Of a DNA stretch of 64,000 nucleotides, positions 1 to 13,507 are shown piece by piece. Positions within the stretch are counted from its first letter, which is position 1; every line of letters starts with the position of its first letter. The notes under the pieces were generated by a model. The model saw only the letters and a program-made list of their open reading frames with translations, was not told the origin of the DNA and made no database searches. Source of the DNA: Phoronis australis (Eukaryota > Animalia > Phoronida); assembly GCA_002633005.1 (NCBI GenBank), contig NMRA01000041.1, forward strand, positions 1-64,000. The letters run 5' to 3'. The position numbers were made by a program, and so were the translations under genes.

Positions 1-1630
1 ATCCTCTCTTTGGAATACGGCCCTCAGTGCCCTTCGCACCAGCCCCTCCTACAATCCAGTACTGATCTGACAACAAATCTCGAAGTCGAGAAAGCCGCAG
101 AACATGTTCATGTGAAACACAACACCATCAAGGGGTGTAGCACAACCAAGAATATGGCATTGTAAAAATGGCCGTCAGCAGAAGTTAGAACAACTTTGAG
201 ACGGCATTTTATGAATTAGAGAAAGACAACATTAAGGTAATTCCAGTGCAAGGTTCCTTCTGTCTCAATGTTCATGTATCGACTGACTCAGTGGAGATTT
301 TTCGACAATCACAAGCTAATGTAAAATGCTTCGATGAACGTGGGTGCAGGCTGAAATTTGGGAAAACCTTTTTCACCCACGACTCCCACTTGGTATGATT
401 TTTGGCAATCTTAACACACTTCTAGGAAATCTGCGTTTCGGTGAATTTTGTCGCAGGTTGGTGGAATTCAATCAACTCAATGTCATTTAACCGGCGGGGG
501 CAACTATCAGAAATTCGTTTTTCAACAAGGGATTTTAAAACATCTCATAAGGCAGTGTACCAGGAACCCCGGAACCGCACCCTCTGAAACTGTGCATTCA
601 AAGCACGACCCTAATTACGTGAACCTTCCCTAAAATTGAAACCTAATTTTCACTTTGTCATACGCTGGCATAGGCAAAAGTATTCAACAGGTAATATGGC
701 AAACTGTGATGTTACTTCCCAAAGAACGGGGCGGCGGGCAAACGTTGACAAATGAAAGGAGTTTCAACCTGGAGTGGGCCGTTTTTTGCAATGAACAGGA
801 AGTGCCGAAATAGACGAATCCGTTACCTAAGTTTCCGTGACGATGTTCCACGGTGATGCTATAGTACCCGTATTTATCCGGATTTCGTAGCCGCAGTAAG
901 AGTTTCTTCGGTTACTTTTATAAAAATGTGCTTTTGCCATTACATTCTGTTTGGTATCTTGATACATCGAATTTCATAAAAATATCCCCCTAGTGGTCAA
1001 AGTCATGAAATAAGCGTGTAACGCGCGTAACGTGTTCAAGTAGGCCTATAAGCTTGAAACGTGGTACCCAACTTTCTGGAGATTGCCTCCGAACAGAAAA
1101 ATCCGCGTGCCTACGGCATGGGGGCGATGAGAAATTGGCGATGGCTGATCAATAGGGAAAGGTTGGGGGGGGGGGGGGGGGNAAATATGGAACCAGGGTA
1201 TTGCAAAAGATTTGCGAATTCGAATTAGTTTGTGCACACCCATCTGTTTACCTTTAGTTACGTGCATGTGTTGAGCCAGAGAATAATAAAAAGGGCTTTT
1301 AGTTATTATCTCTTAAATTTGAAAGTAAATACCAAAAAGAACAGGGTCAGTTAACTCAGAAAGTCTCCAAATAATTAGAAAGTCAACTGTCAGTAAACGG
1401 GCAGTTTCAGCTAACACGAGACAGTGCCGTGCATAGCGGCCGGAACTAGGCTAACGTATGGACTGCCGCGTTGCATACTAGGCGGACATTCGGGAAAAAA
1501 ATCTCCCAAGCCTTCGGGAGACATCGTCAGGCAGTACAAGCGAAGCACGTGATCACACCAGTGTTACTCTGAGAGCGTGTCTTGCTTTCACGGAACTCGA
1601 TGTCACTAATCTTGCTTAAAAATTAAGGAA

Positions 1631-1940
1631 ACAGCCTCCCGTTCAGTAACGCTAGTACCTCGCTAAAAAGCAAGACTTCGCGAGATTACGTGAGATATTG
1701 CTGAGTATTTTAAATTAGAACACATGACTTTGGCTTGATTTTAGCTAGGTCCTAGCGTAGGTCCTAGAGTTACTGAACGCACACCTGGCGTGCGTTCAGT
1801 AGACGCTAGGACCTACGCTGGGACCTAGCTAATCTAGTCAAAGTCACGTGTTCTAATTTAAAATACACAGCAATATCTCACGTAATCTCGTGAACTCTTG
1901 CTTTTTAGCGAGGCCCTAGCGTTACTGAACGGGAGGCTGT
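1631..1940. mobile_element. Whole-length palindromic (foldback) MITE, about 310 bp
   Basis: Left arm ACAGCCTCCCGTTCAGTAACGCTAG..CGAGATTACGTGAGATATTGCTG is the near-perfect reverse complement of the right arm ..CAGCAATATCTCACGTAATCTCG..CTAGCGTTACTGAACGGGAGGCTGT; centre about 1785; no coding capacity. Confidence 0.85.
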
Positions 1941-2007
1941 ACTGCTGGTTCCTGGCTTAGGGAATACAGGTACTGATAAACGTCTTCAGGAGCCGAACCT
2001 CCCTTAC

Positions 2008-2068
2008 AAAAATGAACTTAAGTTTTTCGCTGAAAACTTAAGTTTTTGGCGAAAAAACTTAAGTTTTT
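2008..2068. repeat. Short tandem repeat (about 20-21 bp unit with palindromic AACTTAAGTT core) running into an N
   Basis: Three AACTTAAGTTTTT units directly before the N at 2069; array probably collapsed. Confidence 0.7.
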
Positions 2069-2939
2069 NGGACAGAGGGTGGGGACAGGGGGATGGGACA
2101 CGGGGAGATGCACCTGAATACGTCGAGCATGCAGATACGCTGCTCAAATGGATTTTCCATGCCAACATTTCACTTTTAAAAGGATACCAAACCCAGTTTT
2201 AGCCTATAAACAGATACTAAAAACAATGTGCTCATTCAATTTTCTAAAACAAAGTAATGCTCGACGACCCTTTAAAGGTTTGGAGGAAAATTTGAAAACT
2301 CCTTTTAAGTCTGCTAAACAGACCTATGCTTTTATCGAATGGTCAAGTGTGGGGAAACAACACCCACTAAGAACCATAACATCCAATCTGTGACAAAAGA
2401 CTCTTTAAATACTAACGTCAATGTTTTTGGGGAGTTGCGATCAGTATGAACGGTTTACCAAAGTCCTGAATCGAAGTTAACAGTGCCAGTCAGTTAACTT
2501 CGCAGTAAACAGGTGGATAGTGTCGACGCTGCGATGCAGTATGAACGGTAAACTTTGGTCCCATCAAAATTATCAACAGGGTCTATTGTTATCATCAACA
2601 ATTAAAGGGCAGTGTTGTTACTAATAGTTGCTTATACTTTGCTAAGGAATAATCGTCAATCAAATTTGAAATAAGTTTTATAGATCAATTAGCAAAGTCA
2701 CATAAATATTTCGAAATTGTCATGTTAAAAAATATCCTATTTTGCATGTGATACATCAGTGCTACCTTAATTGTGATTACTTCGATGACAACAACGCCAC
2801 ATGCCGTTTAATTCGATGTTGTTAACTACGGAATCCGGTATGAACAGTTCAGTTAACTTTGCCATGTGAGCTCATTCTAATTTAGTGTTTGCTGGCAGAA
2901 AATGTTGTGAAACAACTCGATTTCCATCCCACGGCCAGG

Positions 2940-3561
2940 TGTTAGGGGAATATTTATTTACATTTACATTACTCAAATTATGATTGTCATTGTACAACTT
3001 CTGGCCTGACGGTGCTGTGGCCAAAGTGGAACCCGACATCGCGGCCGCAGACGAGTACGCAGATTTGCAGTTTCGTGGCTAATTCACCTACATAATCATG
3101 TGCACATTATTTTGGCTCACTAGTATAGTATTTTGTTGACTGAAAGTTTAGTTTTGAACTTTGGGTAGTTTATGTTCGTGATGTCTGATCAGTTTCCAAG
3201 CCACTGGCCAGGATAACGAGTCAATCCGGCCGGTCGCAACGGGCCTGATCGGGCTCCGAGCCTACTGGCCAGGATAACAAGCATTTTGTGTTTAGAACTA
3301 AAAAATCACAAGTCTAAACAACACAGATCTAGGTTCTCCTGTCTTTATCTCACGGAAAATACTTCGAAATTATCTCCGAACAGACCCCGGAAACTCCTGA
3401 GCACTACGGACCTTATTGGCCTGCCGAACTTCAAATTTGTAGGCTACGGTGTGTCCAAATACCAATAAATCCATAAGAGCGAAATAAAACAACACGTTTT
3501 TATAAGAACTCTGTATTTTTAAGGGTTTTACATCGAAGTTTGATGATTTTTTGGTGTTAAA
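2940..3561 (+). repeat. Dispersed repeat copy 1 (about 620 bp), probably a non-autonomous DNA transposon segment
   Basis: Collinear with 33049-33640: shared blocks GTTAGGGGAAT, CAGTTTCGTGGCTAATTCAC, GTAGGCTACGGTGTGTCCAAATACCA, GCGAAATAAAACAACACGTTTTTATAAGAACTC. Confidence 0.85.
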
Positions 3562-4598
3562 TTAGGGATGAGACAAAAAAATTCAAATTCTTATTTAATA
3601 TTTAAAAATGCATTGATTTAAAAAAATATCAAAAACAGATTCAAACAAAAAAAAAATTAACAAAATCCGTTGATGAGCCGTTGACTTTTTAAGAACGTTT
3701 GAAGAGCGATAATTAGCTCTTTATTTTAGTCCACTGAATACATGGGAATGAAGGTGTATTTATGTGACCCAAAATTAGTTTTTTCACTATAACTTCCTCA
3801 ATACTTTTAATAACAATGTGAAAATTTCAGGATATGACATTTACTTAGTGAAAGATATTTTTAAGACAACAAAAAATTCCAAATTCCAAAATGGCGGACA
3901 ATATGGCCACCATTACGACTGCAAAAACGTCTTATTTTACGTTAACGAACTACAGCACACATCACGAATTTTTGGCCGCCCGGTCGGAAATTGGTCGACG
4001 ACTAGCCGTCGACCGGTCGGCTAATTTGCCGACCGGTCTGCTAAAAATTAGCCGACCGGCAGCCGCCCGCAGTGCCGACTCCTAAGGCGANTTTACGTTA
4101 ACGAACTATATGGTGTGACATACCATTAACGAACTATATGGTGTAATATATCAAATGATAGGTCTTTCCATTGCTTTTTTGAAGAGAATGATGAAAAACA
4201 TGTTTAGGCAATATTTACAACATTTCTGCAATAGCTGCCAAAATGGCTGCCAACATTACTGCATTAACGACCACCAGAAGAATGATTCAGCAACCATGAT
4301 GTACACGTCAATAATAAAGGTGTTTTTATGAACTGCAAGGATATCAGACAATTGTGTTATGCATACATGTTTATTTTGTATAAAATGGCTGCCAAGATGG
4401 CTGCCACCCATAACCGAAAAGTAGTTGTAGTAATACAATTTTACAAGACAAATGGAACCAAAACGAGATTCGTTCAACTTTAAGTAAGAACAAATTTTTG
4501 CTTGACCAGCAACAAGACTTTCCAGAGGTTCAAAAGTCCATCTGTAACAAATACAAGGGCACACTAAGTGCATCGCACAGATACAAAAGATCGTCATN

Positions 4599-6579
4599 AC
4601 ATCTGACAAAAGTAAGACAAGCTTAGTTATGGGTCTAATGAGAGACGTAAACTGAGTTCTAACTTTAACAACTCATCACTGCCAGGAAACAGCTCCACAA
4701 CACGTGCCATCTTCCAAGAATTCCGGGTAACGTTATCGTCAACAATTAGCACAACGTCGTTGACCGATAAATTTCTTTGAGCACCTTTCCACTTTGAGCG
4801 TTCTTGTAGAGTGACTAAATATTCCTTTCGCCATCGATCCCAAAAGCAGTTGGCCAGATACTGCACACGCTTCCACATTTTGCGACAGGTAAGATCACTT
4901 TCCTCGAATTTTCCTGGCGGCACCATCCACTGCGAGCGTAGTGTAAGAATGTGGTTCGGTGTCAACGCGCTGACGTCATTTGGATCGTCGGTAACAGTCG
5001 TCAGCGGTCGGCTGTTGATGATGGATTCGACCTCACAAATGAAAGTGTGGAAAGCATCATCGTTGAGATTTCTCCCATGTGACCTTAAAAGACCATTGAG
5101 TATCTTCCTGATACTGCGAAATTTACGTTCCCACACGCCTCCATGGTGGCTTCCAGTCGGTGGATTAAATTTCCATTTCACCTCACGGCTCAACAACTCA
5201 TCATTGATATGTTGCTGGTTCCATCTTGAAATCACCAACCTCAATTCACGGTCAGCTCCGCGAAAATTCGTTGCATTATCGCTGCGGATTTCTTTCACTT
5301 CACCTCTCCGAGCCATAAACCGACGGAGAGAATTTATAAAGGAGCTCACATCGAGGTTTCTTGAAATTTCTACGTGAACAGCTCGCATACTAAGACAAGT
5401 GAAGACAACTGCATACCGCTTGCATTCTCGCCGTCCTTCTCTCACCACAAACGGTCCCAAATAATCAACGCCCGACCGAGCAAAGGGGACGTCGTAAGAG
5501 ACTCTATCTGCAGGCAAGTCGGACATTTTCTGGCACGACGCTGGAGCCTGTAGGCGTTTGCATGTAACACACTGTCGCAAAATTCGTCGCACATTTGAGT
5601 TGGCGTGGATAACCCAGTAAGTTTCGCGTATTTTCGCTAAGGTATGGTTTCTTCCTGCATGTCCCAACTTCTCGTGTGCATCGCGTATAATCAAGTCACT
5701 TAGGTGACTATTCTTAGGGATAATTATTGGGTGACGTTCCGTAAATGGTATCTCAGCACACTTCAACCTCCCTCCAACAACCAGAACGCCGTTAACATCA
5801 AGCACAGGATTGAGGGATACGATAGGGCTTGCTCTTGAAAGTTTCCCGCCGTTCTTTAGTGCTGAAATATCTGATGAAAATTCTTGTCGCTGAAACTTTT
5901 GATGATCACGATTTTTGCAACGTTAAGATGTTCAACAGTCAGTTGAGCGTTCTGGCAATCAAACTTCTTCTTGCGAGCCATTCGGCTGTCAACAAAACGT
6001 GCAATCTTTGGGTGATCATGTACATTCGTGGTAATTTCGGCCTCGACAACCTTTCTATCTGCAGCCCACCTACGCAATAAATCCTTGAAGTGCAATAACC
6101 ACGCACATCCGAGTGTCAGCTTATACCAGCTTGAGTAATGTTGGATTAAAACAGTTAGCGGATCTCCAGGGGAGTCAGTGCACATACCGTATGAGTCGAC
6201 TTTGACTTCAGGGTCAGTATCGGGGAAATTTGTGACGATGGCCTGCGTTGGCCAGTCGGCTTCCGTCTTCCACAAGAATTCGGGTCCGTTGAACCAGCAC
6301 GTGTTCATCAGCAGGTTCTCAGCACTTGTACCCCATGATGCTACGTCTGCTGGGTTTTCGGTTGTTTTCACGTATCGCCAGTGACTGGGGAGCGACTTGT
6401 CACGAATCTGGCTGATTCTGTTGGCTACGAACACTTTGAATTGTCTGGCATCGTTGTTAATGTAGCGCAATACTGTCATGCTGTCGGTCCAAAATATTAC
6501 ATCGTCAACAGGAAACTCTAACTCATTTTCCATCATTCTGCCAATACGTGCGGCAACTGTTGCAGCGGTAAGCTCAGCT
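4599..6579 (-). mobile_element. BEL/Pao LTR retrotransposon pol remnant (RNase H region, integrase, C-terminal tail), 5'-truncated and frameshifted near 5850
   Basis: ELTAATVA, FWTDSMTVL, FVANRISQI, WRYVKTTENPADVAS (Pao RNase H region); HEKLGH..CVTC zinc finger; DYLGP / SDNATNF / GGVWER integrase DDE; FWDRWRKEYL and WKMARVVELFPG tail. Confidence 0.93.
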
Positions 6580-6894
6580 TACATGTACAATACATATATC
6601 TTCCTGGGGTCCAAGTCCAGTCGTAGCAATGACATTCGCAGGTACGTTTTTGAGAAAAATGACGTGCAAACGGCTATTGAGTCGTCTGCGTCCCTGTATC
6701 GGTCGATAAGGGCTTCGGTAGATTTCAAGGCAGGTGCATCTACATGTATTTGCGAGTCGTTACTATATCTGATAGAATATAGACTGAAGTTCGATTCGGT
6801 ATTTTGTTTGCGAGTTTCTCGTTTTTATCATTGTTGAGGCACCAATTTCCCAATTTCAATTACGTAGCAACGCAATGTCTATGGTATACATTAC

Positions 6895-6996
6895 CTGCAG
6901 TACTTGGTCTCCTGGTAGATAGCATATCTGTCTGTGAGGCGCTGGGAAATGTAGCTCCCGGCAAAGCTCTGGTTGTGACGAGCTTTTCTGCAGCCA
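6895..6996 (-). CDS. Gene B: Thr/Ser-rich spacer exon (102 bp, phase 1-1)
   Basis: aag|TGGCTGCAGAA...ACTGCAG|gtaat; reads AAEKLVTTRALPGATFPSASQTDMLSTRRPSTA; exon and flanking intron are paralogous to 39432-39545. Confidence 0.7.
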
Positions 6997-9334
6997 CTTC
7001 ATGAATGGAACACATCGCTGATCAATTTATTACTATTACATGCCTTGCATGACAGCTGATACCAATTTCAATAAACATTTGGTCGAAAAGAGATTCACTA
7101 CAGGGTACACTGTGTGTGTTAGTCCACATGCATACACTGTACACGACGACATGATGAGTGAGTCTGTCGTAATCGAGTAAATGGTAAAATGAAAGACTAA
7201 CTGTATTAATTGAGTTACTGTGTCAAGGTTTCTGGTACGACTGAAATACAAGTCTCTTTGGATCAATCGAACCCAGTGATATTGGCAAATCTTTTTAACT
7301 TGATGACAAAGCCTTTGTGCCGAAAATGATAGGCGTAAATCATTCAACCGTGTCCAGTAAGTATCGTGACGTGGTGTTGGGAAATAACACTGCATGATGC
7401 GGGCTATATGAGCCCCCGAAAGTGCGCAAATATTGCAAAAGATAGTTGCAGTTGGAGTTATCGCTGTAGGGAATACATGAACTGACAACAGTGCAGTATA
7501 AGCTGTAAGTTTCCTCACATGTATGATGTATAGGAAGTATACGTGGAAAGTGAAATTAAAAAGGAATTGCCGATCATCTAGCGGACATCTATGAAAAATT
7601 GAAAGCAAATGACAATTATTGTAAAGAAGGAATTAACCTGTGCCCAGTGGGAGGGCAAGTCTTCGTTCCTAAAGTTCGTCAAGTCTGCGCTAGGATCTAG
7701 TCTGTGTGATGCGGTCCCCATTTTAGTACTGGAAAACTGGGCAAAGCTGAGACGTCACGGAAATCAAAGAAACCGACGCAGTTACATGTACGTGCATCGG
7801 GTTTGCTTTCTAATTGACATATCGCAAGCTTCGCCCCTTCGCGAAAAGTCACGTGTCACCCAACAAATAAACAAAATGTTGGAGGCAAATACGTTGCCGC
7901 TAAACGACGTTCCTAGTGGAATCGATGAGTGTTTTTTAGCACAAACCGAAAACGCTTCGACAAAGACAACAGCCGATGCTTTTCAGCAGAGGATCGTACG
8001 TTCATGATTTGTGAATTTGAAAAGGTGACGATAAAAGATAAGTGTTCGATGAAAAGTGTTTCGGAGCCAGCGAAAATCCGAAGAACACCACACGGGGCTC
8101 ACCTTCACTTGACAAATGACAAGGCCACTGATCCGATATGGTCATGTAAAGTCGAGTTATCTGTATGCTGCCATAGATTTCAGGATCTTTCGAACAAAAT
8201 CAGTGAAGACTCGCCGATATTTTTATTCTGCCGTCTGCTAAATTCCGCCAAATGAGAAGTAGTTCACAACTGGTGGAACTTACCAAATAAAGTAGGTCGA
8301 TTCGATAGCAGTTTTTAGGCTTTTCTAATCTTCAAACGAAATATTATGATTAAAAAACTCAGGTTCATACTTCAAGTACAAACCGCTCGTGTGCTAGGCA
8401 AGCAGTTAGATGCGGTAGTCTAGGGCTGTGTCCAAACCAAGTTAATGCATGAAATTGGCCTTAATTGCGTAATGAAAACATTTAACATAGACCTATCTTT
8501 TGAAGAACTTTGCAGTTTCGTGGCATAAAGGTAACTTTGAGTTAATTTTAAACGTAGCATGATAACTAAGCTGTGGTATGCTTAGAAAAGATGGCAAATC
8601 TGTTGTAGTGGCAAAAAACAGCTATATAAAAATAACTCAAATTCTTGTTAAAGCTTCATACATCTAAATATCATGTTTGAACTTCTTCAAAATGAGCTCT
8701 CTCTAACTCTACAAGCGAATTGTATACTAGAGGTTTGCATCAAAAAGTAAATCAACTGTTTATTTTTTGGTGACAACAGCTCGAACAAGGCTTTGAGTTC
8801 ACTAGTAATCCAGTGCGGATCAAATCTCTCAATTTTTGAGAGACTAAGTTCAGTTGAACACAATTCTACGACCATATGAATAACAAAAAATACCTCTGCT
8901 ACGAAACAAAACGATATCCATTCAGTCGAAATAAGTGAAAAATGTCCCTTAAAACAGCATTTCCAGGGACAATCACTAGACGAGTGCTGAGGTCCAGCAC
9001 ATGCCGGCCGCCACACGAGTGTAACTCCGAAGAAAAAATCAGATAGGCCTACACTATAGCCACCAAACTGAAAAGTGCGTATCTTGGAACAAAAATACAT
9101 ATCTGTGCCTAGCCTTCGAGTAATCAAGCAACATTGCTAAGTTCAACTGCTCGTGTGGCCGTTCAAACAGCTTGATCCATAGTTTATACCTTTCTACATG
9201 TACATCACTTTTCGGCTTAGGAGAAGCCCAAAAATGACGGGATATTCTTGTCGAGCTGCATAACGGCTGTCAGAATTACGCAAGCCATATCAACACCGTT
9301 TCACTGTTCTTATCGCACAATTTCTTGAAGTATT

Positions 9335-9610
9335 GACCAAAATACGTTTTACACGACAACGTGTTGTTTGTCGGGTAAACTGGCGGCTTAGAAACGCAGA
9401 CGAAGGTGTGTCAAGAATGCCGCGTTCTTATAAGTCAATTGACCTATCGCCAGGATTTTGAGTGACGGCTTTATTGACCATTTAGAACTCATCATTCTTG
9501 ACACACCTTCGTTTCCAAGTAGCCATTTTACCCGATAAGGAACACGTTGCCAGGTAAAACGTATTGTTTGTTAGTCGACATTAGGCAGGGGGCGGAGCTT
9601 GCGATAGGTT
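9335..9610. mobile_element. MITE family with AATTGACCTATCGC-type termini; one full copy (9437-9610) plus an inverted partial copy forming a long hairpin
   Basis: 9437-9610 is the reverse complement of 41824-41987; CGAAGGTGTGTCAAGAATG (about 9401) mirrors CATTCTTGACACACCTTCG (about 9493). Confidence 0.75.
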
Positions 9611-9681
9611 TAGCATCTGTACGCTCTGGACCAATTGTGGGCGTTGAATGTGTTTCGCTAAATGTTAATTTAAGCACATAC

Positions 9682-10269
9682 TTCTGCAAATTCCGGTTAC
9701 TAGTTGGTTTCTTATTCGAATTAGCGATTCAAAATCCTTTGGCTTGAAGATTCTTTCATTTGCAGGATGTCCAACAATATTCAGCATTTCTTCCTGCGGG
9801 ACTGACTGACCTATGCCAACTGCAAATATATCTGGAACGACGCTTTCACGGATCAATTTCGCTTCTTGTTTTGTACAGTTCTTACAAGTCGACCTGCCAT
9901 CAGTAATTACAATAGCAATTTTAGATGTTTCTTCTCTGTCGCCTCTTTCTTTTATGAAAACGTTTTCCCGCAACACCTTTAATGCGCCCCCTGTGTTAGT
10001 GCTGCCTCCAGTGTATGAAATATTGGCAATGGCATTCTGTAATGCATCCATTGTCCTTTTGCTGCCCAGAGGTATCTCAATACTGGCGTCCGTTGCGAAA
10101 AGAATCAGGCCAATCTGGAATTTTTCTGGTGCGATGTTGAAACCTCTGACAACACTCTTGATAAAGTTCTTTGCCAGTTCAAAGTTATGGCGCTTTACAC
10201 TGCCGGAGGCATCAAGAAGAAAAACCAAGTCAGCCGCCGCTTCACATTCTGAAGAAGGTGGCATAATAG
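9682..10269 (-). CDS. Gene B: von Willebrand factor A (VWA) domain exon (588 bp, phase 1-1)
   Basis: tccttag|CT acceptor, TGCAGAA|gtatgt donor; open frame with DLVFLLDASGS (MIDAS), GGSTNTG, AIVITDG, IFAVGIG and flanking Cys as in matrilin/collagen VI-type VWA domains. Confidence 0.9.
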
Positions 10270-12443
10270 CTAAGGAAAGAAAAACAAATTCAGCAATAGA
10301 CTGGAGTTCATGAAGGAATAACAGGGTGATAAATCATTCATTTTAACATTTTGACACTATTTCCAGTCTTAAAAAACAAATTTTCATCGCACGTCACCTG
10401 CAATTAGCGGACACACGTGACTTTGGATATGAAAAAATAACAGATTTGCACTTGTTGATTCCTTAATATTTTACTAATTGGCTTTAAAGTGTTTACGACA
10501 AAAATACGTATTACAACAACAACTAGAACCTACTCATTACATACTATGAAAAAATGTGTCGGTTCGAATTGGGTGTCACGCTAGCGATTCTACAAATCAT
10601 TTTGCAAGGTTGAGGATATCGAAAGCTAAGTAAACGGATACGTTTTGGATGCGTGGATCAATTAATGAAATCTCGGGTGGAACCGTCCCAACATCTTAAT
10701 ATTTTCAATGGATTCGAGCAGAAAGAATGAACTATGACCTTCATTTCAGAGACCGCACAGTTATCTGGCAATTTCATATCCCAATAACCAGTCTGAATTT
10801 TCCCGACTGACATTTGGTCAGAGTTCATAGCAGTTAACATAGAGACAATTGATAGCACATATGCGAATAGAAACAACACTTCGAAGCTGTTTGTGCATTA
10901 TTCAACTTTGATTTAAGTGCGGCTTGATGGAAATTCTACTGGATTGAGGATTTGTAACAACTCCTTTATCACACCGCAATGGCAGGGAATACAATTACCC
11001 TACCTCACGTTCTGCACAGGAATCTTGTTAATAGTTCCTCCTCATATTTAGGCAATTCTTTTCAGGAAAACTTCATTTGTTTGTTCATAAACCACCACTC
11101 AATTCTTTGGAATTTAGTTCTTAACTCAGCAACCGCACATCTTTTTTTCTGTTTCACAAGAACTACGGGTTCCACGTGCTTGAAACCACATAACACGTGT
11201 TTACATATAGGCCTACCTGTTCGAACACTGCGTCTAATTTACCTGTCTGCTGGGATCGTATATCGTTCCCACATATAAAATTCACATATAAATCATAAAT
11301 GCCAGTTAGACGTTTGAGCTGCTTTTGATCCCCCACCCCAAAACAGATGGCAAGCCTGACTTCTTACTGTGAGAATTCGACCACTCGAAATTGATCATAT
11401 TGTTTGCGTTTTGCATGTTGATGTTACGATAATTACTCGCAAAATCCGATGGACAGCTCATTTGATGCCTTCATGAAGACTTGTTTTAAAGTTCGTAAAA
11501 TCATCAATTCCCAGTCAAAAACACCAAAACAAGCCCCAGTCGATAAGCCGTCAACTTAGAACACCTGCAAATACCATCTGATACTATGTTAACAAGATGA
11601 TCTCGAGTTACGAGAACTTATTGACCGAAACATACTACGTAAAATCGGGACAAGCAATCACAACACTAATTATAACCCATTGTGTTTAGTGTAAAAGTCG
11701 TGGTTCATGGTATAACAAAGTGTGGCGAAGGGTTGCGTTTGCGTTGGCTTTGACTTATTTCAGATTCCCCGGAACACTTTATCTGATGTCCCCAAACACA
11801 CGTGGCACTTTGGCTCTGGGTACCTTTACATGTCACGTTCATGTCTTGGAGGTAAAAAACTTTTCTTCTACTTTTCTCATTTTGAGGATATTGAATTCAC
11901 GGTTGTGATATGCACTGTTATAAAGGAAAATTTAATGATTTTGTCAATGTAGTCACTTGTCCCAGGGTTAAGCATTTTACGATTTTAATCTCCTCTCTGA
12001 TCTGACAACCTATAAATGTAGAGTACACTTCTGAATGTGTTAAAATGTTATTTCCCACTAGCCTGTCGGAGGCACAGCGGAAGTTGTGAGCAAAAGGGTG
12101 ACACATTTTCATTAATACATCCATAGGTGCTGAATTTCATCAGCAAGAGTCACTTTGCACGTAAAAAGGTGAAAATCGAAAGGAGGTTCACACTTTGCCA
12201 CAAAATGATCTAAAAGTCACAAAATGTCACAGAATTTTCTGGCACAGGTTCGTCAATTGTCCTCAAAGTACACGATCGTGTATGTCATACAAATACCTTT
12301 CACTGTGTTTCGCAGATATACATGTAATGACACTGAAACGTAGGCAGATTTACCCGAAAATAGGCAAGTGCCTTCCAATCCTGGGTAGCAACAAGGGCAC
12401 TATGTGCCAAATTCATGAAGATGCTTCACGAAACTTTATATAT

Positions 12444-12993
12444 CAGGGCCGTAGGAAGCGGTTGGGCCAGGGGGGCACACCCCCCCACAAAAAAAAATTC
12501 AGGCGTCTGGGTTAAACCGTGGCAACCAACATAGTCATGGTGCCGGGGACAGTCGAGAAAAGAAAGACTTCAAAAAACAGATGAAAGAGAAAATTCAAGA
12601 GGACATTTAACAAATCTGTATCACTGCATCGTTTACCTTTTGAGGACCCTGGCCAGGACACTGTCGTTAGGATCTTCGCTTTTGCAGCACAGGTCGTCTA
12701 AACGCACACATACATTTCGAAAAATCGAGAAAATTTGTAAATTGAAGATTTTGGAGATAGTACTGATTTACTGGATTGTTAAATTCAATAAGTCAATTTT
12801 GCGAATGCAAAACTATATTTTTCCAGAGGCCTCCCTCTGGCAAGGGATAACGGAGACAACTTTCGCTTTATTTTTTTTCTCGAAACTGCATATCACTTGA
12901 GAAAAATTGATGAACGGACAGATAACATCAATTGCTGCGCATTTCCTGATATTTAGTTTGTGCCCCCCCCCCCCACCCTTTCTTACGGACATG
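12444..12993. mobile_element. Probable hAT-like non-autonomous element
   Basis: CAGGGCCGTAGGAAG at the left end, imperfect inverted TTTCTTACGGACATG at the right, G/C runs inside both ends; no clean TSD. Confidence 0.45.
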
Positions 12994-13446
12994 TTGAAGC
13001 ACATTCGCACAGGTTTGTCACTAAGAGCACATCAGTAGCCGGATTCGTCGGAAAATCACAGCCTGTCATGCTCTCGCCAATAGAATTACCTATACGATCT
13101 TTATTAAAAAACCCGTCACCAAAGCACTAATATTGCTGCCGTAGACAAAGCGCATGTTAGACACGTTACTGGACAGAACCTGAACCACACGCTAAAATCA
13201 TAAACCTAGAATGGAGCGTATATCGCCATAAAAAAGGCAAATACGTATACGTTCGAATCGCTTGTAGGTTTACGATTTTTCAACTGTGTTGAAGCAATTC
13301 CAGTGCAAATGCCATCGTCTCCCTGATATAAGCATGTACGATAAATTTAACGAACTTTCATCTAAAAACTGTCAAGATCTACAAACAGATGCCAAGAACT
13401 AAAACTGCTTTAGGTCGCCCAGCAGTTGTCAACAAATTTACCTTAC

Positions 13447-13507
13447 CTGAGTATGCAGTGATGCCTAGCAGGAAAGCACAAATAAAAACTGGTGGCAGAC
13501 GATACAT
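13447..13507 (-). CDS. Gene B: first coding exon, signal peptide
   Basis: ATG at 13507; MYRLPPVFICAFLLGITAYS followed by CAG|gtaagg phase-1 donor, compatible with the phase-1 VWA exon. Confidence 0.85.

Noticed and set aside
3936-4145. Repeated TTAACGAACTA and GCCGACCGG motifs
   Set aside because: Straddles the N at 4091; looks like a MITE end plus assembly overlap, no regular repeat-spacer structure
7609-9127. ORFs at 7609, 7929 and 8687; IDECFLAQTENASTKTT is faintly Crypton-like
   Set aside because: No diagnostic catalytic motifs visible; cannot support a call
10640-11280. Possibly decayed coding sequence in gene B intron 1
   Set aside because: No recognisable motif and no consistent open frame with splice sites
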